Position numbers and translations under genes: made by a program
Assembly: GCA_964394645.1 (NCBI GenBank)
Contig: CAYMYC010000001.1
Location: 479,359-543,358, forward strand
Length of the DNA stretch: 64,000 nt
Origin: an uncultured Gammaproteobacteria bacterium
Lineage (GTDB): Bacteria > Patescibacteriota > Microgenomatia > Levybacterales > GWA1-39-11
Direction: 5' to 3'
Notes under the pieces: model-generated
The model's input: the letters and a program-made list of their open reading frames with translations, nothing else
The model's database searches: none
What the model was told of the DNA's origin: nothing
Part shown: positions 39,013 to 49,007 of the stretch, in pieces
Layout of the letters: the number at the start of each line of letters is the position of its first letter
How positions within the stretch are numbered: position 1 is the stretch's first letter

Positions 39013-39444
39013 ATGTTTGGTAAAAAGAAAAAACAAGTAGTCAAAAAGAAAAATTCTTCCACAAAGAGATTAACTTGGCATTCTGACACTAAGTTAACAG
39101 AAAGGGTAAGAGGTGTAATTACAGAGATTGGTTTTTTACATGTTCAAAAACAGAGAATATTTTGTTTTAGGACTGAAGGTTCAAAATCTAGGGCATACGC
39201 AAGAATTTGGGCATTTCCTAAAATTTTTCAGAACGTGCTTGAGATAGAGCCTGCGTATGTCATAGAGGTAATAAACAAATATTACGACAAATTAAGTTAT
39301 GAGGAGCAAACAAAAGTGTTAATTCATGAGCTTTTACATATTCCTAAAAATTTTTCAGGGAGCCTACTTCCCCACAAACATAGTGGAAAAACAATTGAAA
39401 AGGAAGTAGAACGAATTTATAAGAGCATGGAGAAAAAAGCATGA
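39013..39444 (+). CDS. Putative zinc metallopeptidase-like protein (HEXXH)
   Basis: 143 aa. Basic N-terminus, then HELLH within LIHELLHIPKNFSG...HKH. Overlaps the next gene by 4 nt (ATGA). Confidence 0.35.
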   Translation: MFGKKKKQVVKKKNSSTKRLTWHSDTKLTERVRGVITEIGFLHVQKQRIFCFRTEGSKSRAYARIWAFPKIFQNVLEIEPAYVIEVINKYYDKLSYEEQTKVLIHELLHIPKNFSGSLLPHKHSGKTIEKEVERIYKSMEKKA

Positions 39445-40124
39445 TACATATAATTCACGGGGATGATATTGCGGCTTCAAGAAAAAGGCTAACTGAAATA
39501 GTTGAAACTTCAAAGAGCATAATATATCTTGACGCGGAAAAGGCTAAAAGTGATGAAATATCCCAAGCTTTTTCTTCAACGGATATGTTTTTTGACGCAA
39601 AATGCATAGTTATAGAGAAAGTCCTAAAACTCTCTAAAGAAGATTTGGCGCATGTTATATTAGAGAGTAACTCAAAAGATCTTCATAACCATATTATTTT
39701 GTGGCACAATACAGAACTATCAAAGCTATTTTTAGGAAAATTTAAAAATACACAGGTAGAGTCTTTTATGCTTCCCAAGTTATTCTTCGCGTTTTTAGAT
39801 AATTTAAGACCTGGAGCTTTGAGTATAGAGCTTGATACCTTGCTCAGGATGCAAAATGTTGAAGCAGAACAGGTTTTTTATGCAATGGTAAAAAGAATAC
39901 GCCTCCTATTGTCAGTTAAGTCAAATTTAGAAAACGAGGAACTTCAAAAAATGAGCCCATGGCAGCGTTCAAGGCTTCACGATCAGGGTAAAAATTGGAC
40001 ACATGCCAATCTTACAGAGCTGTATGAAAAGCTATATCTGACAGAAGTAAAAATGAAGTCTGGGGGACTTATGCTTCCTCTTAGGAAGCATCTTGACATA
40101 TTATTAATACAAGAGTTAAACTAA
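39441..40124 (+). CDS. holA: Probable DNA polymerase III delta subunit (short HolA-like)
   Basis: 227 aa. Begins MIHIIHGDDIAASRKRLTEI, like HolA N-termini (…LFYGEE…). Helical C-terminus. Shorter than canonical HolA. Confidence 0.45.
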   Translation: MIHIIHGDDIAASRKRLTEIVETSKSIIYLDAEKAKSDEISQAFSSTDMFFDAKCIVIEKVLKLSKEDLAHVILESNSKDLHNHIILWHNTELSKLFLGKFKNTQVESFMLPKLFFAFLDNLRPGALSIELDTLLRMQNVEAEQVFYAMVKRIRLLLSVKSNLENEELQKMSPWQRSRLHDQGKNWTHANLTELYEKLYLTEVKMKSGGLMLPLRKHLDILLIQELN

Positions 40125-40132
40125 TTGCCTAT

Positions 40133-41536
40133 ATGGTACCAGACCACATATTTAAAGGGTATGACATCCGCGGAATTTACCCAACAGATTATAACGAAGA
40201 AAATATTGTACCCATAGTAAAGGCAGTTTATACTTTTCTCCATAAAGGAAAACAAGACAACAAACCTCTTACAATTGTTGTAGGTACTGACATGAGAACG
40301 TCATCTCCTAGTCTTACAAAAATAGCAATTGATACACTTGTTAAGCTTGGTGCTCATGTTGTTGATATCGGAATGGTATCAACTCCAACTTTTTATTTTG
40401 CTGTTTCTCATTACGGATATGAATCGGGTTTTCAAATTACTGCTTCACATAACCCAAAAGAGTGGAATGGTATGAAGATAGTTAAAAACAGCCCTGGCGG
40501 TCTTATAAAAATTGGAAAATCAGGTGGGCTTATGGAGATTAAGGAGAGTGCAATAAGTGGTAAATTTATCTCTCCGCAACCAGGTGGAAAAGTAGAAGTG
40601 AAGGATGGAATTCTGGAGGATGAAGTAGAAAATGCGTTAAAAATTGTAGGAAATCCCGTAATTTCAAAATTTAAAATAGTTGCAGATACAGCAAACGCTA
40701 TGGGTGCACAGTATATAGGAGCGTTATTTAAGAAAATTCCCGCAGATCTTATAAAAATGAACTTTGATTATGATGGGACTTTTCCTGCTCATCAACCTGA
40801 TCCGCTTCAGGCAGAGACGTTGGTAGACTTACAGAAAAGAGTTGTTTTCGAGCATGCAGACTTAGGATTAGCACCTGACGGAGATGGAGATAGACTGTTT
40901 TTTGTTGATGAAAATGGTAATATTGTTCCCCCTACTATTATTACTTCAATTATTGCAAAAGATCTTCTGAAGCGTTCACCTGGAGACACTGTGCTAGTTG
41001 ATATTAGGTATCTTTTAACACCTAAAAAAATACTTGAGGAAGTTGGGGGAAAAATGAAGGTAACAAAAGTTGGACATGCCTATATTACTGAAGGATTACA
41101 TGAATCAGGGGGAATTTTTGCAGGAGAATCATCTGCGCATTATTTTTTCAGGGAAACAGGTAACGCAGAATCTCAAATGCCTGTTATCCTAACTGTACTC
41201 AAGGTTATGAGTGAAGAAGGGAAAACGTTGTCGCAATTAGTTGCTGAGTATAGAAGAAGTTATGAGTCAGGAGAAATTAACTATAAAGTAAAAAATGCTT
41301 CAGATATTATGGAAAAAATTAAAGAACAATACAAAGATAGTGAGTTTGTAACGCTGGATGGTATTGCCATAAATTATCCTACTTGGCGTGCATCTGTTAG
41401 AACTTCAAACACTGAACCATTGTTAAGGCTCAACGTTGAGTCGCTTGATGAGTCTGAAATGCATGCAAAAAGAGATGAGCTTAAAGCTTTCATTAACGCT
41501 AATGCTATAAAAGAGAATACTGTTTCAGCGCATTAA
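40133..41536 (+). CDS. Phosphoglucomutase/phosphomannomutase
   Basis: 467 aa. Active-site loop TASHNPKEWNGMKIV, metal-binding DGDGDR and the sugar-binding GESSAHYFF region. Confidence 0.9.
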   Translation: MVPDHIFKGYDIRGIYPTDYNEENIVPIVKAVYTFLHKGKQDNKPLTIVVGTDMRTSSPSLTKIAIDTLVKLGAHVVDIGMVSTPTFYFAVSHYGYESGFQITASHNPKEWNGMKIVKNSPGGLIKIGKSGGLMEIKESAISGKFISPQPGGKVEVKDGILEDEVENALKIVGNPVISKFKIVADTANAMGAQYIGALFKKIPADLIKMNFDYDGTFPAHQPDPLQAETLVDLQKRVVFEHADLGLAPDGDGDRLFFVDENGNIVPPTIITSIIAKDLLKRSPGDTVLVDIRYLLTPKKILEEVGGKMKVTKVGHAYITEGLHESGGIFAGESSAHYFFRETGNAESQMPVILTVLKVMSEEGKTLSQLVAEYRRSYESGEINYKVKNASDIMEKIKEQYKDSEFVTLDGIAINYPTWRASVRTSNTEPLLRLNVESLDESEMHAKRDELKAFINANAIKENTVSAH

Positions 41537-41594
41537 TACTTTTCATACTTCTTTATTGACTTAACAGTTTTAATTCCGTACGCTTATAGTAAGT

Positions 41595-42434
41595 ATGGAT
41601 GAGAATTTAGTAGCAAACGTACCTACTGAGGAGTCTGATGGGATCCCAGATAACAAAAAGTCATTACTTGAAACAGTCCGAAGTAGAATTCCTGACGCAT
41701 CTCACTTTGCCCGTTCAGTACTCATCCCATTAGTAGTAGTTTTAATAGTTATTTCATTAGGTTCAGGAGGTACATATCTGGTTGCATCTAATATGTTTAA
41801 CAAACCAGTAGAAACTGCAGAAACTCCCCGTATCTCAGAGGCAGATATTCCTGTTTTCCCAACAGCAGTTCCACCAACACCAACTCCAAACGTGGTATCA
41901 ACTGATGAAGAATTAATTCCGTCTGCAACTCCTACGGCAAGTCCTGCTGCAGGGTGGAGTACCTATACATTTTCTGCTTTAAATCTTACATTTTCCTATC
42001 CACCAGGATGGTTTGTAAATGTTTCGCAAACATCAGGTGCGCCATATCTTTATGTACAAAATTTTTCAGGTAATATACCATTTGGGTATACGCCTGGACA
42101 ATTTGCAATTCTTGTAGCTCGTCTTGAGCAAGTAGGAATAGTAACAGTAGATCAACTAATTTCTCAGTTGGCTCTTAATGCGGCAAGTAACACGTTTATA
42201 AACGGAGTAAATATGGGAACAGTAAATGTTAATGGTTCAACCCCTACTACAATAAATGGCTATCAGGCGCTAGAGCGGTCTGTCACATATTCCGCATCTC
42301 CATCCGCTCAAGTAAGTGAAGTTTATGTGTTGGATGGAGTCTCAAATGTAGTTGAGTTTGTGCCTCTTTTGGATACTTCTTACGGTGTTTCTTATTTTAA
42401 TACGCTTCTTTCAACCATTCAGTTCACAAATTGA
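41595..42434 (+). CDS. Hypothetical membrane-anchored extracytoplasmic protein
   Basis: 279 aa. One TM (LIPLVVVLIVISLG), a Pro/Thr-rich linker and a beta-rich C-terminal domain. Confidence 0.45.
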   Translation: MDENLVANVPTEESDGIPDNKKSLLETVRSRIPDASHFARSVLIPLVVVLIVISLGSGGTYLVASNMFNKPVETAETPRISEADIPVFPTAVPPTPTPNVVSTDEELIPSATPTASPAAGWSTYTFSALNLTFSYPPGWFVNVSQTSGAPYLYVQNFSGNIPFGYTPGQFAILVARLEQVGIVTVDQLISQLALNAASNTFINGVNMGTVNVNGSTPTTINGYQALERSVTYSASPSAQVSEVYVLDGVSNVVEFVPLLDTSYGVSYFNTLLSTIQFTN

Positions 42435-42488
42435 TTACATTTGATCTTTTTACTTGACACAGTCATTTTAATACACCACAATAAATAT

Positions 42489-44762
42489 ATGGTTTCCTCT
42501 CACGATTTGGTAGTTTCATTGTCAGACTGTAATTCACATGATGTAAAATTTGTGGGTGGTAAGGCAGCCAATTTAGGAGAAATGATAAATGCTTCGTTTC
42601 CTGTTCCTGGCGGCTTTGTAGTTTCCTCAAACGCATATTTCCTTTTTCTTTCAGAAAATAAACTTGATATAAAGATTAAACATCTATTGGGATCAATTAA
42701 CTTTGAGAGCACAGACTCTCTTTCTCAAGTTTCACATCATATTAAACAGATAATTTTATCATCACCAATTCCTGAAAAAATAGTAAAGGAAGTTTTTTCA
42801 CATTATAAAAAAATAGGTACACAAACGCTTGTTGCAGTTAGATCATCTGCAACATCTGAGGATTCAAAGAAAGCATCTTTTGCAGGACAGCAAGAGACTT
42901 TTCTAAATGTTTCAGGAGAGGCACTACTTATGGATAAAATTCGTGAAGGGTGGGCATCTCTTTTTTCAGCAAGAGCTATGTTTTACAGACATGATGTGCA
43001 TTTGGATCACTTTAAGACAGGGATTGCTTTAGTTGTGCAAAAAATGGTTCAGTCGACTGCAAGCGGAGTTATGTTTTCTATTGATCCTGTAACAAACAAC
43101 AAAAACAAAATAATAATAGAGTCAATTTACGGTCTTGGTGAGTATATTGTGCAAGGTAAGGTTACTCCGGATCATTATGAAGTTGCAAAAAGCGACTTTT
43201 TAATACTTGAAAAAAAAATTGTAAATCAAAAAATAATGTATGTTAAGAAAGGACATGACAATAAAGAAGAACAAGTACCCAAAAAGCTGCAGGACTTGCA
43301 GAAAATAACGGATGAGGATATAGTTACTCTTGCGAAATTAAGTAAAAAACTTGAAGATCATTACTTTTTTCCTCAGGATTCGGAGTGGGCAAAAGAAAAC
43401 GGGAAGATATATCTGGTACAAACACGACCTATAACAACGACTGTAGAAGTGAAAAAAGAAAGTCAGACACCCCAAGCCCTTACGTCTTCTATTGGAAGTC
43501 ATCCTATAATTGTGGGAGATCCAGCAAGTCCTGGGATTGGAATTGGCAAGGTAAAAATTATTCATTCGCTTTCCGACGCATCATCTTTTGAGGCAGGAAT
43601 GGTTTTAGTGGCGAAAGCTACTAATCCTGACTATGTACCTATTATGAAAAAAGCTGCTGCTATTGTTACTGCAGAAGGCGGGAGAACTTCACATGCTGCC
43701 ATAGTCTCAAGAGAATATGGTCTTCCCGCTGTCGTAGGAGCGCATTTTGCACTTACTAAATTGAAAGACGGTATGAGTGTCACAGTTAATGGTAGAACAG
43801 GCGAGGTGTTTCAGGGTAGTCTAAAGATTAAAGAAGAAGTAGTGTCGGAAGAAACTCATGTTAAAACGGCAACAAAGTTATATGTCAATGTAGGAGAGCC
43901 TGAACTTGCTGAAAAGATAGCAGCAATGCATGTAGATGGAGTAGGACTGTTGAGAGCAGAATTTATGATAGCTCAAATCGGTATCCACCCAAAAAAATTA
44001 ATAGAAGATGGTAAGGAAAACCTTTTTATAGAAAGGTTGAGTCAGGACCTTATGACATTCTGTAAGGCATTTTACCCTCGCCCTGTTCTTTACAGAGCAA
44101 CTGATTTTAAAACAAATGAGTATAGGAATTTAAAGGGCGGAAAACCGTATGAGCCCGAAGAATCAAACCCTATGTTGGGGTATAGAGGTGTATACAGGTA
44201 CATAAATGACCCACGCGTTTTCAAATTAGAACTTGAGGCTATAAAACGTGTTAGGGAAAAAATGGGATTTGTTAACTTACGGCTTATGCTTCCTTTTGTA
44301 CGTACCGTAGCAGAGCTTGAATCAGTAAAAAAAATTATTTATGACGCTGGGTTAAAACGGTCTCACACATTTAAGTTATTTATGATGGTAGAAATTCCTG
44401 CAAACGTAATTCTAATTGATGATTTTATAGATTCGGGGATTGATGGTGTTTCAATAGGCTCAAATGATCTAACTATGTTAACTCTTGGTGTAGATCGTGA
44501 CAATGATGAGGTTGCAACGGAATTTGATGAACGTAACAAGGCATTACTGTGGTCGTATGAGAGGGTACTAAAGGCAGCACGTGAACACGGAATTGAAGTA
44601 GGTATTTGTGGTCAAGCACCATCAGAGTTTCCCGATCTTGTTGAGAAGTTAGTTCATTGGGGAGTAAATAGTATTTCTGTTTCTCCTGATGCGGTTATAG
44701 AAACACGCAGGACAATTCACGCGTCTGAGTTAAAACTTCTAAAACGTTTGAAAGGGCAATAA
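42489..44762 (+). CDS. ppsA: Phosphoenolpyruvate synthase / pyruvate, water dikinase
   Basis: ATP-grasp N-terminus, phosphohistidine domain GGRTSHAAIVSREYGLPAVVG and a C-terminal PEP-utilising TIM barrel. The start is set at ATG 42489 (MVSSHDL...) because TTGACA at 42454-42459 lies inside the longer ORF that begins at 42441. Confidence 0.9.
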   Translation: MVSSHDLVVSLSDCNSHDVKFVGGKAANLGEMINASFPVPGGFVVSSNAYFLFLSENKLDIKIKHLLGSINFESTDSLSQVSHHIKQIILSSPIPEKIVKEVFSHYKKIGTQTLVAVRSSATSEDSKKASFAGQQETFLNVSGEALLMDKIREGWASLFSARAMFYRHDVHLDHFKTGIALVVQKMVQSTASGVMFSIDPVTNNKNKIIIESIYGLGEYIVQGKVTPDHYEVAKSDFLILEKKIVNQKIMYVKKGHDNKEEQVPKKLQDLQKITDEDIVTLAKLSKKLEDHYFFPQDSEWAKENGKIYLVQTRPITTTVEVKKESQTPQALTSSIGSHPIIVGDPASPGIGIGKVKIIHSLSDASSFEAGMVLVAKATNPDYVPIMKKAAAIVTAEGGRTSHAAIVSREYGLPAVVGAHFALTKLKDGMSVTVNGRTGEVFQGSLKIKEEVVSEETHVKTATKLYVNVGEPELAEKIAAMHVDGVGLLRAEFMIAQIGIHPKKLIEDGKENLFIERLSQDLMTFCKAFYPRPVLYRATDFKTNEYRNLKGGKPYEPEESNPMLGYRGVYRYINDPRVFKLELEAIKRVREKMGFVNLRLMLPFVRTVAELESVKKIIYDAGLKRSHTFKLFMMVEIPANVILIDDFIDSGIDGVSIGSNDLTMLTLGVDRDNDEVATEFDERNKALLWSYERVLKAAREHGIEVGICGQAPSEFPDLVEKLVHWGVNSISVSPDAVIETRRTIHASELKLLKRLKGQ

Positions 44763-44774
44763 TTGAAAAGTAGG

Positions 44775-45467
44775 TTATTGATGGAACATGATGACCAATT
44801 CACCTTTCGGTTGAGATTTTGTAAAGTGGTCAATCATATAAGAGACAGTGCCTCTTAAAAATTCTTCGTACATTTTTGTCATTTCCCGAGCAATAACTAT
44901 TTCTATATCTCCAAATACTTCTTTAAGTGCTTCAAGGCAGCGAATGAGCTTGTGGGGAGACTCATAGAAAATTATTGTTGGTTTTTGGTTATTTTTTGTT
45001 CCTTCTTGAAGGATAAAATGTATGTTTAGAAAAAACTTTTTTTTACGTTCAAAAGAATCTGGAGGAAAGCCCAGAAATAAAAATTTATCAGTTGGAAGAC
45101 CAGACGCACATAATGCAGTAGTTATTGCGTTTGCACCTGGAAGGGGTATGACTTGAAGCTTTCTTTGAATTGCAGTACGTATAAGTTTAAAGCCGGGGTC
45201 TGAAATAAGAGGTGTACCTGAATCTGAAACTAAAGCTATTTTTAGGTTTTGAGCAAGCTTATCAATTATTTCATAGATTTTGTTTTCCTCGTTGTTGTCA
45301 TTTAAAACCATCATCTCTTTTTTTATCCCCAGATGGTAAAGAAGACCTCCTGTAACCCTCGTATCTTCGCAAATGACAAGGTCTGCTGATTTTAATACAT
45401 CTATTGCTCTCAGCGTTATGTCTTGCAAGTTCCCGATTGGAGTTGGTACAATGTATAAAATACCCAT
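44775..45467 (-). CDS. rsmI: 16S rRNA (cytidine1402-2'-O)-methyltransferase
   Basis: 230 aa. MGILYIVPTPIGNLQDITLRAIDVLKSADLVICEDTRVTGGLL, a tetrapyrrole-methylase fold typical of RsmI. Confidence 0.9.
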   Translation of the reverse strand: MGILYIVPTPIGNLQDITLRAIDVLKSADLVICEDTRVTGGLLYHLGIKKEMMVLNDNNEENKIYEIIDKLAQNLKIALVSDSGTPLISDPGFKLIRTAIQRKLQVIPLPGANAITTALCASGLPTDKFLFLGFPPDSFERKKKFFLNIHFILQEGTKNNQKPTIIFYESPHKLIRCLEALKEVFGDIEIVIAREMTKMYEEFLRGTVSYMIDHFTKSQPKGELVIMFHQ

Positions 45468-45488
45468 ATTGGTATTATACTTTATCTG

Positions 45489-46205
45489 ATGGAAATTTTA
45501 ACAAATGTCATAAACCTATTTCTTCATATTGATGACCAACTTGCCTATATAATAAATCTTCTAGGTCCGCTCACCTATGTTGTTCTTTTTGGAGTAGTAT
45601 TTGCTGAAACAGGGTTAGTTGTAACACCTTTTCTTCCTGGAGACTCACTTTTATTTGCTGCAGGCGCTCTATCTGGTTTAGGGTATTTGAATATAGCTGT
45701 TTTATATCTGTCATTATTAGCAGCAGCAATATTGGGAGACTCACTCAATTACTGGATTGGGAATAAAATTGGACCTCGCGTTTTTGCAAGGGAAAATTCA
45801 CGAGTATTTAAAAAAGAATATCTTGAGAAAACCCGTGAATTCTATGAGAAACATGGGGGAAAAACTATTATTTTAGCTCGCTTTATCCCTATTATACGTA
45901 CATTTGCGCCGTTTGTGGCAGGTGTAGGTAAAATGGACTATAAGTCATTTCTTATTTATAACGTTGTAGGTGCATTTCTTTGGGTGACTAGCTTTGTTTT
46001 TGCAGGTTACTTTTTTGGAGGGCTTCCGTTCATGCAGAAGAATTTTCATTATGCAGTTGTTATTATTGTATTTATTTCACTCATTCCTGTTGTCTATGAA
46101 TTTGTTAAGCATAAATACGGTCACAGGCTTTCAAAAAAACAACTATCCCATGCAAATTACTCTGAGGTAAAGAAAACAGTGAAGAAAAGCACAACTGAAA
46201 ACTAA
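45489..46205 (+). CDS. DedA/SNARE-associated family membrane protein
   Basis: 238 aa containing the DedA core VVFAETGLVVTPFLPGDSLLFAAG. Confidence 0.85.
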   Translation: MEILTNVINLFLHIDDQLAYIINLLGPLTYVVLFGVVFAETGLVVTPFLPGDSLLFAAGALSGLGYLNIAVLYLSLLAAAILGDSLNYWIGNKIGPRVFARENSRVFKKEYLEKTREFYEKHGGKTIILARFIPIIRTFAPFVAGVGKMDYKSFLIYNVVGAFLWVTSFVFAGYFFGGLPFMQKNFHYAVVIIVFISLIPVVYEFVKHKYGHRLSKKQLSHANYSEVKKTVKKSTTEN

Positions 46206-46258
46206 ATAGTTAATTCCTTTACAATAAGTTTAAATTTTTTTGAAGAATAGAAAGGGGA

Positions 46259-46903
46259 TTAGTTAAATCTTCTGATAAGACCCACAACCTTACCTTGTAC
46301 ACGTACAGCTTTTGGATAGATAGGTTCCATGGTGCTATTTGCCGGTTTCAAAATAACTTGTTCACCTTCTTTATAGAATCGTTTTAATGTAGCTAGACTT
46401 TCATCAACTAAGGCAACAACAATATCTCCATTATGAGCAGTTTCAGATTTTTCAATAACCACAAAGTCTCCATCTAAAATTCCGTCTTCTATCATGGATG
46501 TGCCTTTAACTTGGAGAACATAAGAAGTTTTTGTACCTGAAAGCATACTGGAGGCAACCGCAAATGTTGCTTCAGGATCAGTATATGGCTCTAGCGGTTG
46601 ACCTGCAGCAATATAACCCATCAAAGGAAGGGAAATGGACGGACCAAGTGATTTTGAGGTAGGTCCTAGAAGTTTTCCTAGTGACTCTTTTTTTAACACT
46701 TTAAGAGTTCTCAGGTTTCCATCAACTTTTTGGACATAGCCTTTGTCTACCATGGTTCTTATCAAGGCATGAACGGTAGATACGCTTCTTTTTCCAGTAG
46801 CCTGAGCCATTTCTGCCAAAGTAGGGGAGTAGCCATTTTGTTCTTGGAATTGAATAATAAAATTAAGTAACTCCCTCTCTTTTTTATATAATACCGCTGT
46901 CAT
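46259..46903 (-). CDS. lexA: LexA repressor
   Basis: 214 aa. N-terminal winged-helix domain (LTKRERELLNFI-like ...GYSPTLAEMAQATG). C-terminal S24 peptidase domain with Ser in GTSMIEDGI and Lys in the RFYKEGEQVILKP region. Confidence 0.9.
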   Translation of the reverse strand: MTAVLYKKERELLNFIIQFQEQNGYSPTLAEMAQATGKRSVSTVHALIRTMVDKGYVQKVDGNLRTLKVLKKESLGKLLGPTSKSLGPSISLPLMGYIAAGQPLEPYTDPEATFAVASSMLSGTKTSYVLQVKGTSMIEDGILDGDFVVIEKSETAHNGDIVVALVDESLATLKRFYKEGEQVILKPANSTMEPIYPKAVRVQGKVVGLIRRFN

Positions 46904-46983
46904 ACATAATTTATACGAAAATTACTTGAATTTTACAAGATGACAAACAATATCAAAACACCGCATTTTTAGTTTTCAGACGA

Positions 46984-47002
46984 TGTGTTTAGACATGACA
47001 CA
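46984..47002. promoter_or_regulatory. Candidate LexA operator: inverted repeat TGTGT-N9-ACACA
   Basis: The sequence tgtgtttagacatgacaca lies in the divergent lexA/uvrB intergenic region, 22 nt upstream of the uvrB ATG. It was found by eye. The LexA box consensus for this lineage is unknown. Confidence 0.3.
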
Positions 47003-47024
47003 GAATATGGTAAAATTATAGGTT

Positions 47025-49001
47025 ATGAACTTTAAACTTCATTCAAAATTTAAACCCACTGGAGATCAACCCACTGCGATTGAAAAACTTTCAACAGGAT
47101 TAAATAAGGGGGAAGAAAATCAAGTATTATTGGGAGTTACAGGTAGCGGAAAAACATTTACTATTGCAAACGTAATACAAAAATATAATAAGCCAACACT
47201 TATTATTTCACACAATAAAACACTTGCAGCGCAAATATACCAGGAAATGCGGGACTTTTTTCCGGAAAACGCAGTTTCATATTTTGTTTCTTATTACGAT
47301 TTCTATCAGCCAGAAGCATACATTCCGACAACTGATACCTATATCGCAAAGGAAACAGAAATAAACGAAGAAATAGATAAGCTGAGACTTGCTGCTACCA
47401 CAAATATATTAACCAGACCTGATACGATTGTGGTCGCATCTGTATCATGTATATATAATCTCGGATCTCCTCAAGAATATGGAAAATTTGTTTTTACTTT
47501 AAAAACAGGAGATGAGTATGAGAGGCAACACATTTTGGAAAGACTACTTGATCTGATGTATGAACGAAATGATTATAATTTTACCCGTGGCACATTTCGG
47601 GTTCGAGGAGAGGTTATAGAGTTGCATCCTGCGTACGATGACTATGTGGTAAGAATTGTTTTAAAAGGAAAAAAAATTGATAAACTGGAAATACTAGACC
47701 CGTTAACATCTGAGAAGAAAGGGGTAAAGGAAGAAATTTCTATTTTTCCTGCAAAACACTATATAACCGATCCTGCATTTTATAAAGATGTATTTACACA
47801 AATTAGACGTGATTTAAAAATAAGGACTGATGAATTAAAGACGCAGGGAAAAGAGTTGGAGGCACATAGATTAAATCAACGCACGGAATATGATCTTAAA
47901 ATGTTGACCCAGCTAGGATACGTAAACGGAATTGAAAATTATTCACGCTATTTTGATGGAAGAAAACCAGGAGACGCACCATTCTCACTTCTTGAATACT
48001 TTGAAAAATCTGATCCGGATTGGCTTCTTATTGTTGATGAGTCCCATATGACAATACCCCAAATTCGTGGTATGTATAACGGAGACAGGGCGCGTAAACA
48101 AATGTTGGTAGATTTTGGATTTAGACTTCCTTCAGCATTTGACAACAGACCCCTAACTTTTGAGGAGTTTTACGGTAAGGTACATAAGACAATCTATATG
48201 AGTGCGACTCCTTCTTTGTGGGAAGTGAAAAAATCAGGTGATAAAAACATTGCAGAACAGTTAATCAGACCTACTGGTGTTGTGGATCCAGAAGTAACTA
48301 TTAAAAAAAGTGATGGTCAAATCTTTGATCTACTCTCTGAGATTAAAGCTGCTATTGAAAAAAAAGGTAGAGTGCTCGTTACAACTCTAACAAAGCGTAT
48401 GGCAGAAGAGTTGTCTTCTTATCTTGAAGATGAAGGAATAGCTGTAACATATCTTCATGCAGATATTCAAACACTGGAACGTCAAGACGTATTAGACGAG
48501 CTAAGAGAGGGTAAATACGATGTGTTGGTGGGAATTAATCTACTGCGGGAGGGACTAGATCTTCCAGAGGTTTCACTTGTCGCTATTCTCGATGCTGACA
48601 AAGAAGGTTTTTTAAGGTCAAGATCTTCGCTTATTCAGATTATGGGGAGAGCAGCAAGAAAAGTTGATTCCCGTGTTATTTTATACGCTGATATTATGAC
48701 AGACTCAATTAAAAAAGCAGTAGCTGAGGTTGAGAGAAGGCGTAAAATTCAACTTGCGTATAATAAAAAGTATAATATTACTGCTAGATCCGTAGAAAAG
48801 TCCATTCGTGAAAAGCTAATTAAAAAAGAGGAAATTCTAGATGATATTAGACCTCTTATGGATAGAGAGATGTTACTTCCTGATCAAAAAAAGAAGGTAA
48901 TTAAAAGATTACGAGATGAAATGAAGAATGCAGTAAAAAATTTGGATTTTGAAACAGCTGCTTTGCTACGAGATAAGATAAAGTATTTAGAGCAGCAGTA
49001 G
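47025..49001 (+). CDS. uvrB: Excinuclease ABC subunit B
   Basis: 658 aa. Walker A GVTGSGKTFT, a beta-hairpin region, helicase motifs and the C-terminal UvrC-interaction coiled coil (FETAALLRDKIKYLE). Confidence 0.95.
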   Translation: MNFKLHSKFKPTGDQPTAIEKLSTGLNKGEENQVLLGVTGSGKTFTIANVIQKYNKPTLIISHNKTLAAQIYQEMRDFFPENAVSYFVSYYDFYQPEAYIPTTDTYIAKETEINEEIDKLRLAATTNILTRPDTIVVASVSCIYNLGSPQEYGKFVFTLKTGDEYERQHILERLLDLMYERNDYNFTRGTFRVRGEVIELHPAYDDYVVRIVLKGKKIDKLEILDPLTSEKKGVKEEISIFPAKHYITDPAFYKDVFTQIRRDLKIRTDELKTQGKELEAHRLNQRTEYDLKMLTQLGYVNGIENYSRYFDGRKPGDAPFSLLEYFEKSDPDWLLIVDESHMTIPQIRGMYNGDRARKQMLVDFGFRLPSAFDNRPLTFEEFYGKVHKTIYMSATPSLWEVKKSGDKNIAEQLIRPTGVVDPEVTIKKSDGQIFDLLSEIKAAIEKKGRVLVTTLTKRMAEELSSYLEDEGIAVTYLHADIQTLERQDVLDELREGKYDVLVGINLLREGLDLPEVSLVAILDADKEGFLRSRSSLIQIMGRAARKVDSRVILYADIMTDSIKKAVAEVERRRKIQLAYNKKYNITARSVEKSIREKLIKKEEILDDIRPLMDREMLLPDQKKKVIKRLRDEMKNAVKNLDFETAALLRDKIKYLEQQ

Positions 49002-49007
49002 ATAATT

